This document shows, in pieces, positions 26,221-35,659 of a DNA stretch of 64,000 bases. Under the pieces are notes generated by a model. The model was not told the origin of the DNA. It saw only the letters and a list, made by a program, of their open reading frames with translations, and made no database searches. Source of the DNA: Bacilli bacterium (GTDB taxonomy: Bacteria; Bacillota_I; Bacilli_A; RF39; UBA660); contig JAQUWE010000003.1 of assembly GCA_028693035.1 (NCBI GenBank), positions 8,255-72,254 of the forward strand, read 5' to 3'. Both the position numbers and the translations under genes were made by a program. Position 1 is the stretch's first letter, and each line of letters opens with the position of its first letter.

Positions 26221-26222
26221 AA

Positions 26223-27548
26223 ATGTTATATAAAAATACAATTGATTTAATTGGCAATACTCCACTAGTAGAGATTGATGCCAAAATACACGGGCTTAAA
26301 AATATAAATATATATGCAAAATTAGAAATATATAATCCTTTTGGATCCGTAAAAGATCGAACGGCTTATGGTCTTTTAAAAAATCATATAGAAGAAATCA
26401 AACAGAACAAACAAGTTGTTTTAGAATCTTCTAGTGGAAATACAGCCAAAGCCTTGTCTATCCTTTGTGGGATACATGATATTCCTTTTAAAACGATTAC
26501 AAATCGAATAAGGGTTTCAGAGACAAGAGACATTTTAAAAGTAGTAGGTGCTACCATAGAAGAACTTCCTGGTTTATCTGAATGCCCAGATCCAACAGAT
26601 CCTAATGATCCTATTAAATATATAGAACGTCTTATGGTAAAAGATCCAAACAAGTATTTTCATACATCACAGTATACCAATTTAGATAATCCCTTAATGC
26701 ATTACAATACAACAGGAAAAGAAATATGGGATGATTTAGGAAAGGTGGATTACTTTTTTGGTACCCTTGGGACAACCGGGTCGAGTCGTGGAATTGTAGA
26801 ATATTTACTAGAAAAAAATAGTCATTTAAAGAAGATGGGAATTATCGCATCAAAAGGAGATGACATTCCTGGTATTAGAAATCTTGACGAAATGTATGAA
26901 GTTGGAATTTTTGAGAAAAAACTTTATGATGATATTGTAACGGTAAACGCTATGGATGCTTTAGATGCTATGGACTCTTTAATTAAAAAATGTGGCATTT
27001 TAGGAGGACCAACCAGTGGTGCTTGCTACCAAGGTATGATGCAGTACTTAAAAAAAATAGATGCAACACTCAATAAAAAGGTTAATGCTGTCTTTGTAGT
27101 TTGTGATAGATTTGAAGGATATATATCTTATATTAAAAAAAGAAAACCAGAGATATTTAATAACGATGTAAAAAAGGAAAGTATATGGAATTTAAAAGAA
27201 GAGGATCAAAACTATGCAAAAGAAATAGACAGCAAAGATGCTATACATTGGATAGAAGATAGGCAATCACTTATAATTGATTTAAGAGGCAATCTTGCTT
27301 ACCGAAATGGTCATTTGAAAAATTCTATTAATATTTTAGAACACTGTTTTGAGGATTTAACAGATAACACGATTCCATTCACACCCAACAATAAAATTTT
27401 ATTAATATGTCCAACCGGTTTAAAATCAAAAAAATTTAGTATTTTATTAAACAAAAGAGGATTGGATGTATACAGTTTAAAAGGCGGTATAATAGAATGG
27501 CGCAATCAAAATTACCCTCTGGAAAGAATCAACATAGCGGAATCATGA
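26223..27548 (+). CDS. cysteine synthase/SbnA-like PLP enzyme (fold type II) fused to a C-terminal rhodanese domain
   Basis: GSVKDRTA (PLP Lys), SSGNTAKA, GTLGTTGSSRG and GGPTSGA. The C-terminal roughly 100 aa has IIDLRGNLAYRNGHLKNSINI and the active-site loop CPTGLKS. Confidence 0.75.
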   Translation: MLYKNTIDLIGNTPLVEIDAKIHGLKNINIYAKLEIYNPFGSVKDRTAYGLLKNHIEEIKQNKQVVLESSSGNTAKALSILCGIHDIPFKTITNRIRVSETRDILKVVGATIEELPGLSECPDPTDPNDPIKYIERLMVKDPNKYFHTSQYTNLDNPLMHYNTTGKEIWDDLGKVDYFFGTLGTTGSSRGIVEYLLEKNSHLKKMGIIASKGDDIPGIRNLDEMYEVGIFEKKLYDDIVTVNAMDALDAMDSLIKKCGILGGPTSGACYQGMMQYLKKIDATLNKKVNAVFVVCDRFEGYISYIKKRKPEIFNNDVKKESIWNLKEEDQNYAKEIDSKDAIHWIEDRQSLIIDLRGNLAYRNGHLKNSINILEHCFEDLTDNTIPFTPNNKILLICPTGLKSKKFSILLNKRGLDVYSLKGGIIEWRNQNYPLERINIAES

Positions 27549-28726
27549 ACATAGAAAAAATAAGATGTGAATTTCCTTTTTTTAAGAACAATCCAAATGT
27601 TATTTATTTTGACAATGCCGCTACCACACAAAAGCCAAAAATTGTACTTGAAAAAATAAATGATTATTATACCAATCAGTGCTATAATGTGAATAGGGGA
27701 AAATATAAACCTGCCAATGACTTGTCTTTAGAAATAGATAGAAGTAGGCAAAAAATTTGTGATTTTATAAATGCAAATAAAGTAGAAGAAGTACATTTTA
27801 TAAATGGAGCTTCCTCTGTTGCAAATGACTTATCTATTTTATTAAGTGGCGTTTTTTTAAAACCTTTAGATGAGGTACTTCTATGTAAAAGTGACCATAA
27901 ATCTACAGTTTCTCCTTGGATTCATGTTTTAGATACTATGAAAGAAAAAGAATGTAAAATAGTACCTATATTATTATCTCCATCGGGCGATTATGATGAG
28001 AATGATTTGTATCAGAAACTATCTAATAAGACAAAAGTTGTTATACTCACTCATATTCATAATGTACATGGTATGGAAATGAATATCCAAGAAATTATAA
28101 AAAAAGTTAGAGAAAAAACAAACGCAAAAATTATTGTGGATGCTACCCAAAGTATTGCACACACAAAAGTGGATGTGCAAGAGATAGATGCTGATGCTTT
28201 ATATTTTTCAGGGCATAAAATGTTTGCCCAAACAGGAATTGGTATTTTATGGATGAAGGAAGAAACAAATCAGGAATTATTGCAATATTTCTGTTATGAT
28301 AATCAGAATCCACATCAATTATTTGAAAAAGGAACACCCAATATCAGTGGAATATTGTCTTTGGGATGTGCTACTGATTTTATAACAATGCTAGGGATTG
28401 AAAAAATAGAGCAATATCTATTAGAACTTACTACATACCTTATCAATAATCTTAAAAAAATTGAAAGCGTAGAATTTGATAGTGGCCCCGCTGTATGCAG
28501 TTGCAAAGAAGGGTATGGGATTGTATCTTTTAAAGTAGATGGTTACCATGTTTCCGAAATAGCAGAAGCATTATCGTTTCAAAATATTTTTGTAAGAGCA
28601 GATACACAATGTTCCTACAATGAGAGAAATTCTTATCTTAGAGTCAGTCTTCAAATTTACAATACAAAAGAAGAAATAGATAGATTTATAAAAGCAATTA
28701 CACAAATTATAGAATGGAGTGTATAG
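27545..28726 (+). CDS. SufS/CsdA-like cysteine desulfurase (class V aminotransferase)
   Basis: FDNAATTQKP, the SGHKM PLP lysine, and a C-terminal RADTQCS loop with a candidate persulfide cysteine. ATGA overlap with the upstream gene. Confidence 0.75.
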   Translation: MNIEKIRCEFPFFKNNPNVIYFDNAATTQKPKIVLEKINDYYTNQCYNVNRGKYKPANDLSLEIDRSRQKICDFINANKVEEVHFINGASSVANDLSILLSGVFLKPLDEVLLCKSDHKSTVSPWIHVLDTMKEKECKIVPILLSPSGDYDENDLYQKLSNKTKVVILTHIHNVHGMEMNIQEIIKKVREKTNAKIIVDATQSIAHTKVDVQEIDADALYFSGHKMFAQTGIGILWMKEETNQELLQYFCYDNQNPHQLFEKGTPNISGILSLGCATDFITMLGIEKIEQYLLELTTYLINNLKKIESVEFDSGPAVCSCKEGYGIVSFKVDGYHVSEIAEALSFQNIFVRADTQCSYNERNSYLRVSLQIYNTKEEIDRFIKAITQIIEWSV

Positions 28727-28727
28727 T

Positions 28728-29129
28728 ATGAAAGAAATAATAGGAAAGAATACAAAACATAGAAAAAATTTGTTAGAAATTTTAAATAAGGCAGAAATAG
28801 CTTTATCTGTAGAAGATATTTATCAAATTATGGTGCAAAATGGAGATAAGAAATTAGCATTGTCTACTGTTTATCGCAATATGAATGTAATGGTAGAGTC
28901 TGGACAAGTCAGCAAAGTTTTTGACGAACTCGGTACCGCCCTATACAAGGTTAATTCTCATATACATTCTCATCAACTAGAGTGTCAAAAGTGTCATAAA
29001 AAGGTTGTAATAGATGTTTGTCCGTATGACTTAGTACAAAATACAATCTTAAAAGATAAAGATTTTACCATCGTAGAAAATACAGCTTTACTACAAGGAT
29101 ACTGTAAAGGCTGTCTACCAAAAGTGTAA
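28728..29129 (+). CDS. Fur family transcriptional regulator (Fur, Zur or PerR type not assignable)
   Basis: LSTVYRNM DNA-binding helix, HSHQLECQKCHK and CKGC (two CxxC pairs of the structural Zn site). Confidence 0.8.
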   Translation: MKEIIGKNTKHRKNLLEILNKAEIALSVEDIYQIMVQNGDKKLALSTVYRNMNVMVESGQVSKVFDELGTALYKVNSHIHSHQLECQKCHKKVVIDVCPYDLVQNTILKDKDFTIVENTALLQGYCKGCLPKV

Positions 29130-29147
29130 AGGAGAAAAATAGTCTAT

Positions 29148-30059
29148 ATGCAAGATTTATCTATTATATTTTTATCTATATTATTAGAAGCCATTCCCTT
29201 TATATTACTAGGGGTTTTTGTTTCCGCACTCATTGAAGAATTCGTATCTCCTGATTTTTTCAGTAAAATCATTCCTAAAAATCCTATTTTAGGAGCGATA
29301 GTAGGTGTTATTATGGGATTTTTTGTACCAGCCTGTGATTGTGCGGTTATCCCTATTTCTAAAAGACTTATCAAAAAAGGGGTTCCTATCAATGTTGCGA
29401 TTACCTTTATGTTAGCGTCTCCCATTGTAAACCCCGTTGTTATTTTATCCACATTCTACGCCTTTGGAACCTTGCTTCCTAAAATGATTATCATGAGAAC
29501 AATTCTTGGAATTATTTTAGCCATTATCATTGGATATAGAGTAGGATCTAACCAGGACGAAGAAGATATTTTGAAGTACAATGTGCAAGATGAAAATGAA
29601 AAATGTGGGTGTGAATCCTGTAATATGAGTGAACCTTACTTATTAAAAGGCAAAGGTTTAAAAAGCAGAATGATTAATATCTTAATTAGAGCCAATAAAG
29701 AATTTTGGGATATTTGTAAATATTTAATTATAGGTGCATTGATTGCCAGTGTTATGCAGGTCTATGTACCAAGAGATATTTTAACATCTATAAGCAGCAA
29801 TTCTATTTTATCAATTGTTTGCCTAATGATTTTTGCTTATTTACTATCCCTTTGTTCTACATCAGATTCTTTTGTTGCCAAAACATTTATCAATCAGTTC
29901 AGCAACAGTGCTGTTTTAGCTTTCCTTCTTTTAGGACCTATGATTGATATTAAAAATACCATTGTCTTAACAGGCAATTATCAGCCTAAATTTATTGTTA
30001 AATTACTTGTTTATATCTTTGTTTGTGTCTTTTTAACTGCTCTTATTATTAAAATATAG
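29148..30059 (+). CDS. DUF318-type permease (partner of a TIGR03943-family protein)
   Basis: About 8 TM segments with repeated PACDCAVIP / LCSTSDSF motifs and a Cys-rich loop CGCESC. Followed by its typical partner gene. Confidence 0.65.
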   Translation: MQDLSIIFLSILLEAIPFILLGVFVSALIEEFVSPDFFSKIIPKNPILGAIVGVIMGFFVPACDCAVIPISKRLIKKGVPINVAITFMLASPIVNPVVILSTFYAFGTLLPKMIIMRTILGIILAIIIGYRVGSNQDEEDILKYNVQDENEKCGCESCNMSEPYLLKGKGLKSRMINILIRANKEFWDICKYLIIGALIASVMQVYVPRDILTSISSNSILSIVCLMIFAYLLSLCSTSDSFVAKTFINQFSNSAVLAFLLLGPMIDIKNTIVLTGNYQPKFIVKLLVYIFVCVFLTALIIKI

Positions 30060-30075
30060 AAGGAGAAAATGCTTT

Positions 30076-30879
30076 ATGAAACTAAGAAAATCTTTTAAAA
30101 TAGTAATCTTTGCTTTTTATGCAGGAATGATTTTTTTCCTTTATTTTAGTGGTATGATAAAAAGGATGATCCATCCAAGAATGTATCCTTTTATTCTACT
30201 ATCAGCTGTTATCCTTCTTTTATTTTGTATCGTAGAACATCTCTTTTTAAAAAAACAGAGACTAGGGCGTATTCAATTTTTCAATTTTGTCTATTTAATT
30301 CCTATTGTTTGTATCTTTTTTACAAATAATGCGAATCTTAGTAATAAGATTATTCAAAATAAAGGAATCAATATTGGTCTTAATTCCAACCAAAATGCCA
30401 GTACAAATAAAGCACAAAAAAAGACTACGGATCAACAGGACAACGATATTATAGAAGAGCGTTTTGAAGAAGATATACCAAAGCAAAACCAGGAAGAAAC
30501 ATCTAAAAAAAGTAGTGAAAAAAAAGAAATGATTGAAATAGCGGATGCTGATTTCTTATGGCAAGTAAGTGATATTTCCATTAATATAAATGATTATGTT
30601 GGAAAAGAAGTTAGTTATACGGGATTTATTTATAGAGATGAAACAGTAGAAGCCAATCAGTTTGTAGTAGGAAGGCTCGCTATGACATGCTGCACAGCAG
30701 ATGCTGGACTTATGGGATTTTTGGCTACCTATGCTGATTATGCCAATATCAAAGATGGTGACTGGTATCAAATTAAAGCAGTTATTGATAAAAGAAAGTA
30801 TAATGGCGTTATGCTTCCTTATTTAAAAATATATGAGGTTGTAAAAGTAGATAAACCAGCTGACGAATATGTATATTAA
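30076..30879 (+). CDS. TIGR03943-family putative permease subunit
   Basis: Two or three N-terminal TM helices, a low-complexity linker, and a C-terminal domain with the conserved MTCCTADA motif. Confidence 0.65.
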   Translation: MKLRKSFKIVIFAFYAGMIFFLYFSGMIKRMIHPRMYPFILLSAVILLLFCIVEHLFLKKQRLGRIQFFNFVYLIPIVCIFFTNNANLSNKIIQNKGINIGLNSNQNASTNKAQKKTTDQQDNDIIEERFEEDIPKQNQEETSKKSSEKKEMIEIADADFLWQVSDISININDYVGKEVSYTGFIYRDETVEANQFVVGRLAMTCCTADAGLMGFLATYADYANIKDGDWYQIKAVIDKRKYNGVMLPYLKIYEVVKVDKPADEYVY

Positions 30880-30906
30880 AAAGGCTTGGTTATAAGGAAG
30901 TGTATT

Positions 30907-31986
30907 ATGAAAAAAAGAATCAATAAAAATAATTTAGTTCCAATTTTGCTCATACTTGGTGCGCTAAGTATGATCTTTTTTGTGTATCATAATGATGCTT
31001 TTTATTCTAAAACAATTGTAAAGTGTGAGAAAGTAGAAACAAGTAAAACAGAGGTATCTACCAATGCACAAGGATTTAAAGAACAATATTATAAACAAAA
31101 CATTATTGGTATGATTACAAATGGAAATCAAAAAGGGAAAGAAATAAAGCTTGCAAATGAATATGCAGATTCGCTAGTGGTTACAGAAAAATACAAAGTA
31201 GGGAACAAGGTATTTGTGGATGGCAAAAATATCGAAGGACTAAAAAGAGATACCTATATGGTAACTATGACTGTACTTTTTATTGTAATGCTTTATTTTA
31301 TTGGAAAAGTACGAGGCTTAACTGCCATTATCAGTGTTATTTTTAATATCCTTATTTTCTATTTTGGATTGTATTTTTATTTTAAAGGAATGAATTTGTT
31401 ATTGCTTTGTATGATAGAGTCCCTCTTTTTTACCGTCTTTTCTTTATTGCTAGCAGGTGGTAAAAATAAAAAAACAGTAGCGGCTATTCTATCGGTGATT
31501 GCGTCTACCATCCTATTGTTTATCATGACGTATATTGTCATTTCTGTTACTCATTACAAAGACATTAGTTTTAATGAAATGAATTTTCTTACCGTTCCTG
31601 TAGAAGATGTATTTATGGCAAGTCTTATGATTGGTGGTCTTGGTGCTATTATGGATATTGCTATCACTATGGCGTCTTCAATTGCGGAACTTATCCAAAA
31701 GGATAATAAAATAAGTACAAAGGCCTTAATAAAATCAGGCACAGAAATTGGAAAAGATATTTTTAGTACAATGATTAATGTTTTGTTTTTTACTTATTTA
31801 TGTGGAAGTTTGCCAATCTTTGTTTTATCTTTAAGAAATGGCTTTACTTTATATAATTATATAACAAGTAATTTTTCTATTGAATTATCTAGATTTTTTG
31901 TAGGGAGTATTGGCATTATTTTAACCATTTCTATTTCTTTACTTCTTTCTATTTTCCTTTTAAAAAGAGGTGATACACATGAATAA
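30907..31986 (+). CDS. YibE/F family membrane protein
   Basis: N-terminal TM helix plus an extracytoplasmic domain, then about 6 TM segments with the GLGAIMDIAITMASS motif. Confidence 0.6.
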   Translation: MKKRINKNNLVPILLILGALSMIFFVYHNDAFYSKTIVKCEKVETSKTEVSTNAQGFKEQYYKQNIIGMITNGNQKGKEIKLANEYADSLVVTEKYKVGNKVFVDGKNIEGLKRDTYMVTMTVLFIVMLYFIGKVRGLTAIISVIFNILIFYFGLYFYFKGMNLLLLCMIESLFFTVFSLLLAGGKNKKTVAAILSVIASTILLFIMTYIVISVTHYKDISFNEMNFLTVPVEDVFMASLMIGGLGAIMDIAITMASSIAELIQKDNKISTKALIKSGTEIGKDIFSTMINVLFFTYLCGSLPIFVLSLRNGFTLYNYITSNFSIELSRFFVGSIGIILTISISLLLSIFLLKRGDTHE

Positions 31987-32734
31987 AATACTTGGATGTA
32001 TTCTTATTTTACTGATGATTTTAGTCGGTGGTAAAAGAGGGGTTAAAGCATCTATTACTTTGGTACTAAATTTTCTTGTGTTACTGGTTGCTTTTTATTT
32101 GATTACACTTGGCATTTCTCCTATTGTAGTTTCTCTATTAGGGTGCTGTTTCATTGCTTATATTGTTTTATTTTTAACAGGTGGCGATACCATTAAAACA
32201 AGAACCACCTTTCTATCTGTTCTTTTGGTTTTGCTTTTGATGACAGCCTTTATTATAGTTGTAACCAAAGGGTCTATGATAGAAGGGTTTGGTAGTGAAT
32301 CATATGAAGAAATCAATATGTTTTCTTATGACATTGGCATTCGTTTAACAGATATTACCGTTTCTCTTATTTTAATAGGACTTATCGGTGCGATGATAGA
32401 TACTTCCATTGCGATAGCCTCTGCTGTTTATGAAGTTTATACAAATAACAAAGACCTAAATCAAAAGCAGCTATTTCATTCAGGTATGCGCATTGGTAGA
32501 GATATATTAGGCACTACAGTCAATACACTTTTCTTTGCATTTTTAGGAGAATTTATAACTTTACTTATTTGGTTTTATAGTTGCCATTATTCTTTTGGAG
32601 AAATTATCAATGCCAAAGTATTTTGTGCAGAATTCGTGAAAATATTATTTATAGGTTTTGGAAGTATCTTTATTATTCCTATTTCTGCTTATATGATTTC
32701 TTATCAAATCACTAAAAAAGTAAAAAAAGAATAA
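31979..32734 (+). CDS. YibE/F family membrane protein (second copy)
   Basis: Multi-TM protein with a paralogous motif GLIGAMIDTSIAIASA. Overlaps the previous gene by 8 nt. Confidence 0.6.
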   Translation: MNKILGCILILLMILVGGKRGVKASITLVLNFLVLLVAFYLITLGISPIVVSLLGCCFIAYIVLFLTGGDTIKTRTTFLSVLLVLLLMTAFIIVVTKGSMIEGFGSESYEEINMFSYDIGIRLTDITVSLILIGLIGAMIDTSIAIASAVYEVYTNNKDLNQKQLFHSGMRIGRDILGTTVNTLFFAFLGEFITLLIWFYSCHYSFGEIINAKVFCAEFVKILFIGFGSIFIIPISAYMISYQITKKVKKE

Positions 32735-32766
32735 ACAAAAAACATATAAACATATAAAAATAAAAG

Positions 32767-32798
32767 GGCATTTTTGAATTAGAAAAATGTCTTTTTTT
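32767..32798 (+). terminator. intrinsic terminator ending the operon
   Basis: GGCATTTTT-gaattag-AAAAATGTC followed by T7. It is the first convincing hairpin plus T run after 23188. Confidence 0.65.
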
Positions 32799-32831
32799 GT
32801 GTTATAATAGGGTAGGAAGGATAGATAAAAT

Positions 32832-33368
32832 ATGAAAAAATATAGTTATGTAGCGTTCTTTATTATAGGCATTACTTTAATGACAGGTTGTACAATAGGA
32901 CAAAAAAGTAAGGAAAAAGTCACCTTTGTAAAAGATCAAACCTATGGTACGATAGATAAAGCGACCTATCAATTTACAGGAGAATCAGCACATTTTTATT
33001 TTAAAACAGGAGAAGTATCTTATCAAGATAAAGAGGCAGAAATCAATATAAGTAACTTTGCTGCGAAAAAAAGTACCAAAGAATCTGCTACTGTAACAAT
33101 CAGTGTATGGTTTAATGGAAAAATATTTTATGGAAATCCAAAAGCGATAGATAATAAAGGTGTATATTCTGTTAAAGAGGTAAGCAATGTCTTAGTAGGA
33201 GATAAAGTTACTTTAAGTCAAAATATAAAGGAAGAATTAAATCCCTTTGCTTTAACAACCAAAGATACATTCAAAGAAAGTATGAAAATAGAAGCTGTAT
33301 ATTGTGAAGATGGCAAATGCACCAATGAGACCTTTAAACTCACATATGTAAACAAAAAAAACAAGTAA
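32832..33368 (+). CDS. lipoprotein of unknown function
   Basis: Signal peptide with lipobox LMTGC. Confidence 0.6.
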   Translation: MKKYSYVAFFIIGITLMTGCTIGQKSKEKVTFVKDQTYGTIDKATYQFTGESAHFYFKTGEVSYQDKEAEINISNFAAKKSTKESATVTISVWFNGKIFYGNPKAIDNKGVYSVKEVSNVLVGDKVTLSQNIKEELNPFALTTKDTFKESMKIEAVYCEDGKCTNETFKLTYVNKKNK

Positions 33369-33547
33369 AAAGAAGGAGCAATCTTTTCTTTTTTTATAAA
33401 ATAAATGTTGAGGTAGTAAGCAAAAGTGTAAAGGCAAAAGAAGGTACGACATAATCCATAAAAAAAGGACAAGAAATGCCACAAACCATTGCGATTCCAT
33501 AGAATTTTGTGCTATAATAGATGCAAGAATGCGAAAGGGGTACGGAA

Positions 33548-33811
33548 ATGAACGATTTTGTTACAAAAAAAATGTACGATGAAAATGGAATTTTAAGAGA
33601 TGTAAAAATTTATTTATATTTTTCTTTAGGAAAAGAAGAAAAGGAATATATGATTTATTCTTTTGAAGATATAGATGAAAATGATTTGATTACGTTACTT
33701 GTTTCTTCCATATCAAAAGATGAAGATGGAAACTTTAAATTTAGTGAAGTAGAGAATGAAGAAGACTGGAAAACAATTAAAACAATTATGAGAAAGATTA
33801 TAAAAGAGTAG
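33548..33811 (+). CDS. DUF1292-like small acidic protein
   Basis: DENG...Y.YFS...KEYMIYSFED pattern, about 87 aa. Start moved to the ATG after GAAAGGGG. Confidence 0.5.
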   Translation: MNDFVTKKMYDENGILRDVKIYLYFSLGKEEKEYMIYSFEDIDENDLITLLVSSISKDEDGNFKFSEVENEEDWKTIKTIMRKIIKE

Positions 33812-33822
33812 GAGCATGAAAC

Positions 33823-35607
33823 ATGAATAATGAAAATCAATTAGATGAAAAACAGGAACTGGCTATTATTAATGAAACAGAAAAAAGTGATTTAGATACA
33901 TTGATTGCTGGTATTGATTTAAAAATACTTGATGCAGCAGAGATTTTTAAAGATCAAGAAATGCTCAATACAAAAGAGGATGCTACAGGTGAGAAAAAAC
34001 AAAGTAGACCTATTAAAACAATCAAAGAATTTACTTCTAAATTACTTAGTAGAATAAAAAACAAGCATATGCAACAATTGAGAAATGAAATTGAAAAACA
34101 TATGGGGCAGATCAAAGCCATCAATAATTATGCTGGTAAACTAGGTGATATGCCAGAAACGGATATAGATACAGTTAAACGATCTGTAAAAAAGGCGTAT
34201 GGAATACTTGGAACAACAGTAGAAGAAGCTGAAAAAAAAGGTTTCTCAAAAGAAGAATTTGCACAGTATGATATAGAAATTAAAAGGGCTTCTTATCCTA
34301 CTGATATTGCCCTATTTATTAAAAAATATAATCAACCAGAAAACAAAATGAAAAAAGAAGAAATTGATAAATCTTTAAAAGATTCTTTAGAAAAAGTAAA
34401 GCTTATTGAAAATGTAGATATTAAAACAAAATATGAAGATGATCTTCTTCAAATTCAAAATAAAGTAAACGAGATGGGTACTGTAGAACAAGTTATAGAA
34501 AAATATGAAAAGAAATTAAAAGCTGCAGAAGCAAAGATAGAAGACCTTCAGTATAGAGTAGCTGCATTAAGTAATATCAATAAACAAAATATCGAAAAAG
34601 AAAATAATATAGAAGAAAAAGTAGAACCATCAAAAATAACTGCTAAGGAAGCATATGCAGATAGATACAAAGAAACAATTTCAAATATGAAAAAAGACAG
34701 TTATAAAAAGAGTGGAACCCAGTATTTACAGGATTTACTTTTTGCTAGATTTTATGAAGAAACAGATTTTTCTGAGTTACCACAGGAAGAATTTGATAGC
34801 AAATATGCAGTAGCAGTAGAAAAAGGAATGGAACGCTTTAGTAAAGCAAATGAAGAAACTAAAGAAATAAAAGCAGAAAAAAATGTAGAAGAGGTTAAGA
34901 CTGCACAAGTAACTAAAGAAGAAGTAAAAGAAGAATCTATCTTCCAAAAAGCACCTATTGTATCTATGCCAACAGAAGAAATGGAGCAACATAGAAAAGA
35001 TGTACAACAGGCACAAGAAGAATATAGAGCAGGGACTTATGTAGATATTAGCCAAAGTATTCTTAAAGCAGAACAAACAAGATTGCCAGAAGATATTAAA
35101 ATAGCAAAAGAAAAACTAGAACAATATCAAGGAACTGGTAAAATGGAATCTCTTAAGGCAAGAGTGGCTGCACTTACTCCTAAAACATTAGAACAAGAAC
35201 AAGAAGACTATAGAAAAGGTACTTATGTAGATATGAGTCAAAGTGTTCACAAAGCAGAACAAAGTAGTACTATGAAGGAAATTAATGAAGTTAAAGATAA
35301 AGTAAATCAGTACCAGGGAACTGGAAAAATTGACTCTTTAAAAGAACGTTTAGATGTAGCAGCGCAAGGAAATGTAACATCAGGTTATACCAATGAAGAA
35401 ATTGAGACACTATATAAAAATCATATAGATGATAAAATAAGTCATGCAAAAACACTAGAAGATTTAAAAGAAGCAGAAACGATTTTACGAAACAATGTTT
35501 CTCACATAAATCCAGAAATGTATGAACAAAAAATGCAACTTTTAAAAAATCAAATGCAATCTTTTGAATCAATAGAAATGGATACAACACAAGGAAAAAG
35601 AATGTAA
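33823..35607 (+). CDS. large K/E-rich coiled-coil protein with an internal duplication
   Basis: 594 aa with a heptad-like charged sequence and two homologous blocks of about 58 aa near the C-terminus. Confidence 0.6.
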   Translation: MNNENQLDEKQELAIINETEKSDLDTLIAGIDLKILDAAEIFKDQEMLNTKEDATGEKKQSRPIKTIKEFTSKLLSRIKNKHMQQLRNEIEKHMGQIKAINNYAGKLGDMPETDIDTVKRSVKKAYGILGTTVEEAEKKGFSKEEFAQYDIEIKRASYPTDIALFIKKYNQPENKMKKEEIDKSLKDSLEKVKLIENVDIKTKYEDDLLQIQNKVNEMGTVEQVIEKYEKKLKAAEAKIEDLQYRVAALSNINKQNIEKENNIEEKVEPSKITAKEAYADRYKETISNMKKDSYKKSGTQYLQDLLFARFYEETDFSELPQEEFDSKYAVAVEKGMERFSKANEETKEIKAEKNVEEVKTAQVTKEEVKEESIFQKAPIVSMPTEEMEQHRKDVQQAQEEYRAGTYVDISQSILKAEQTRLPEDIKIAKEKLEQYQGTGKMESLKARVAALTPKTLEQEQEDYRKGTYVDMSQSVHKAEQSSTMKEINEVKDKVNQYQGTGKIDSLKERLDVAAQGNVTSGYTNEEIETLYKNHIDDKISHAKTLEDLKEAETILRNNVSHINPEMYEQKMQLLKNQMQSFESIEMDTTQGKRM

Positions 35608-35659
35608 AAATGTTTATTTTATAAAAATATAGGCACAATAAAAATAATGAGGTGATTCT

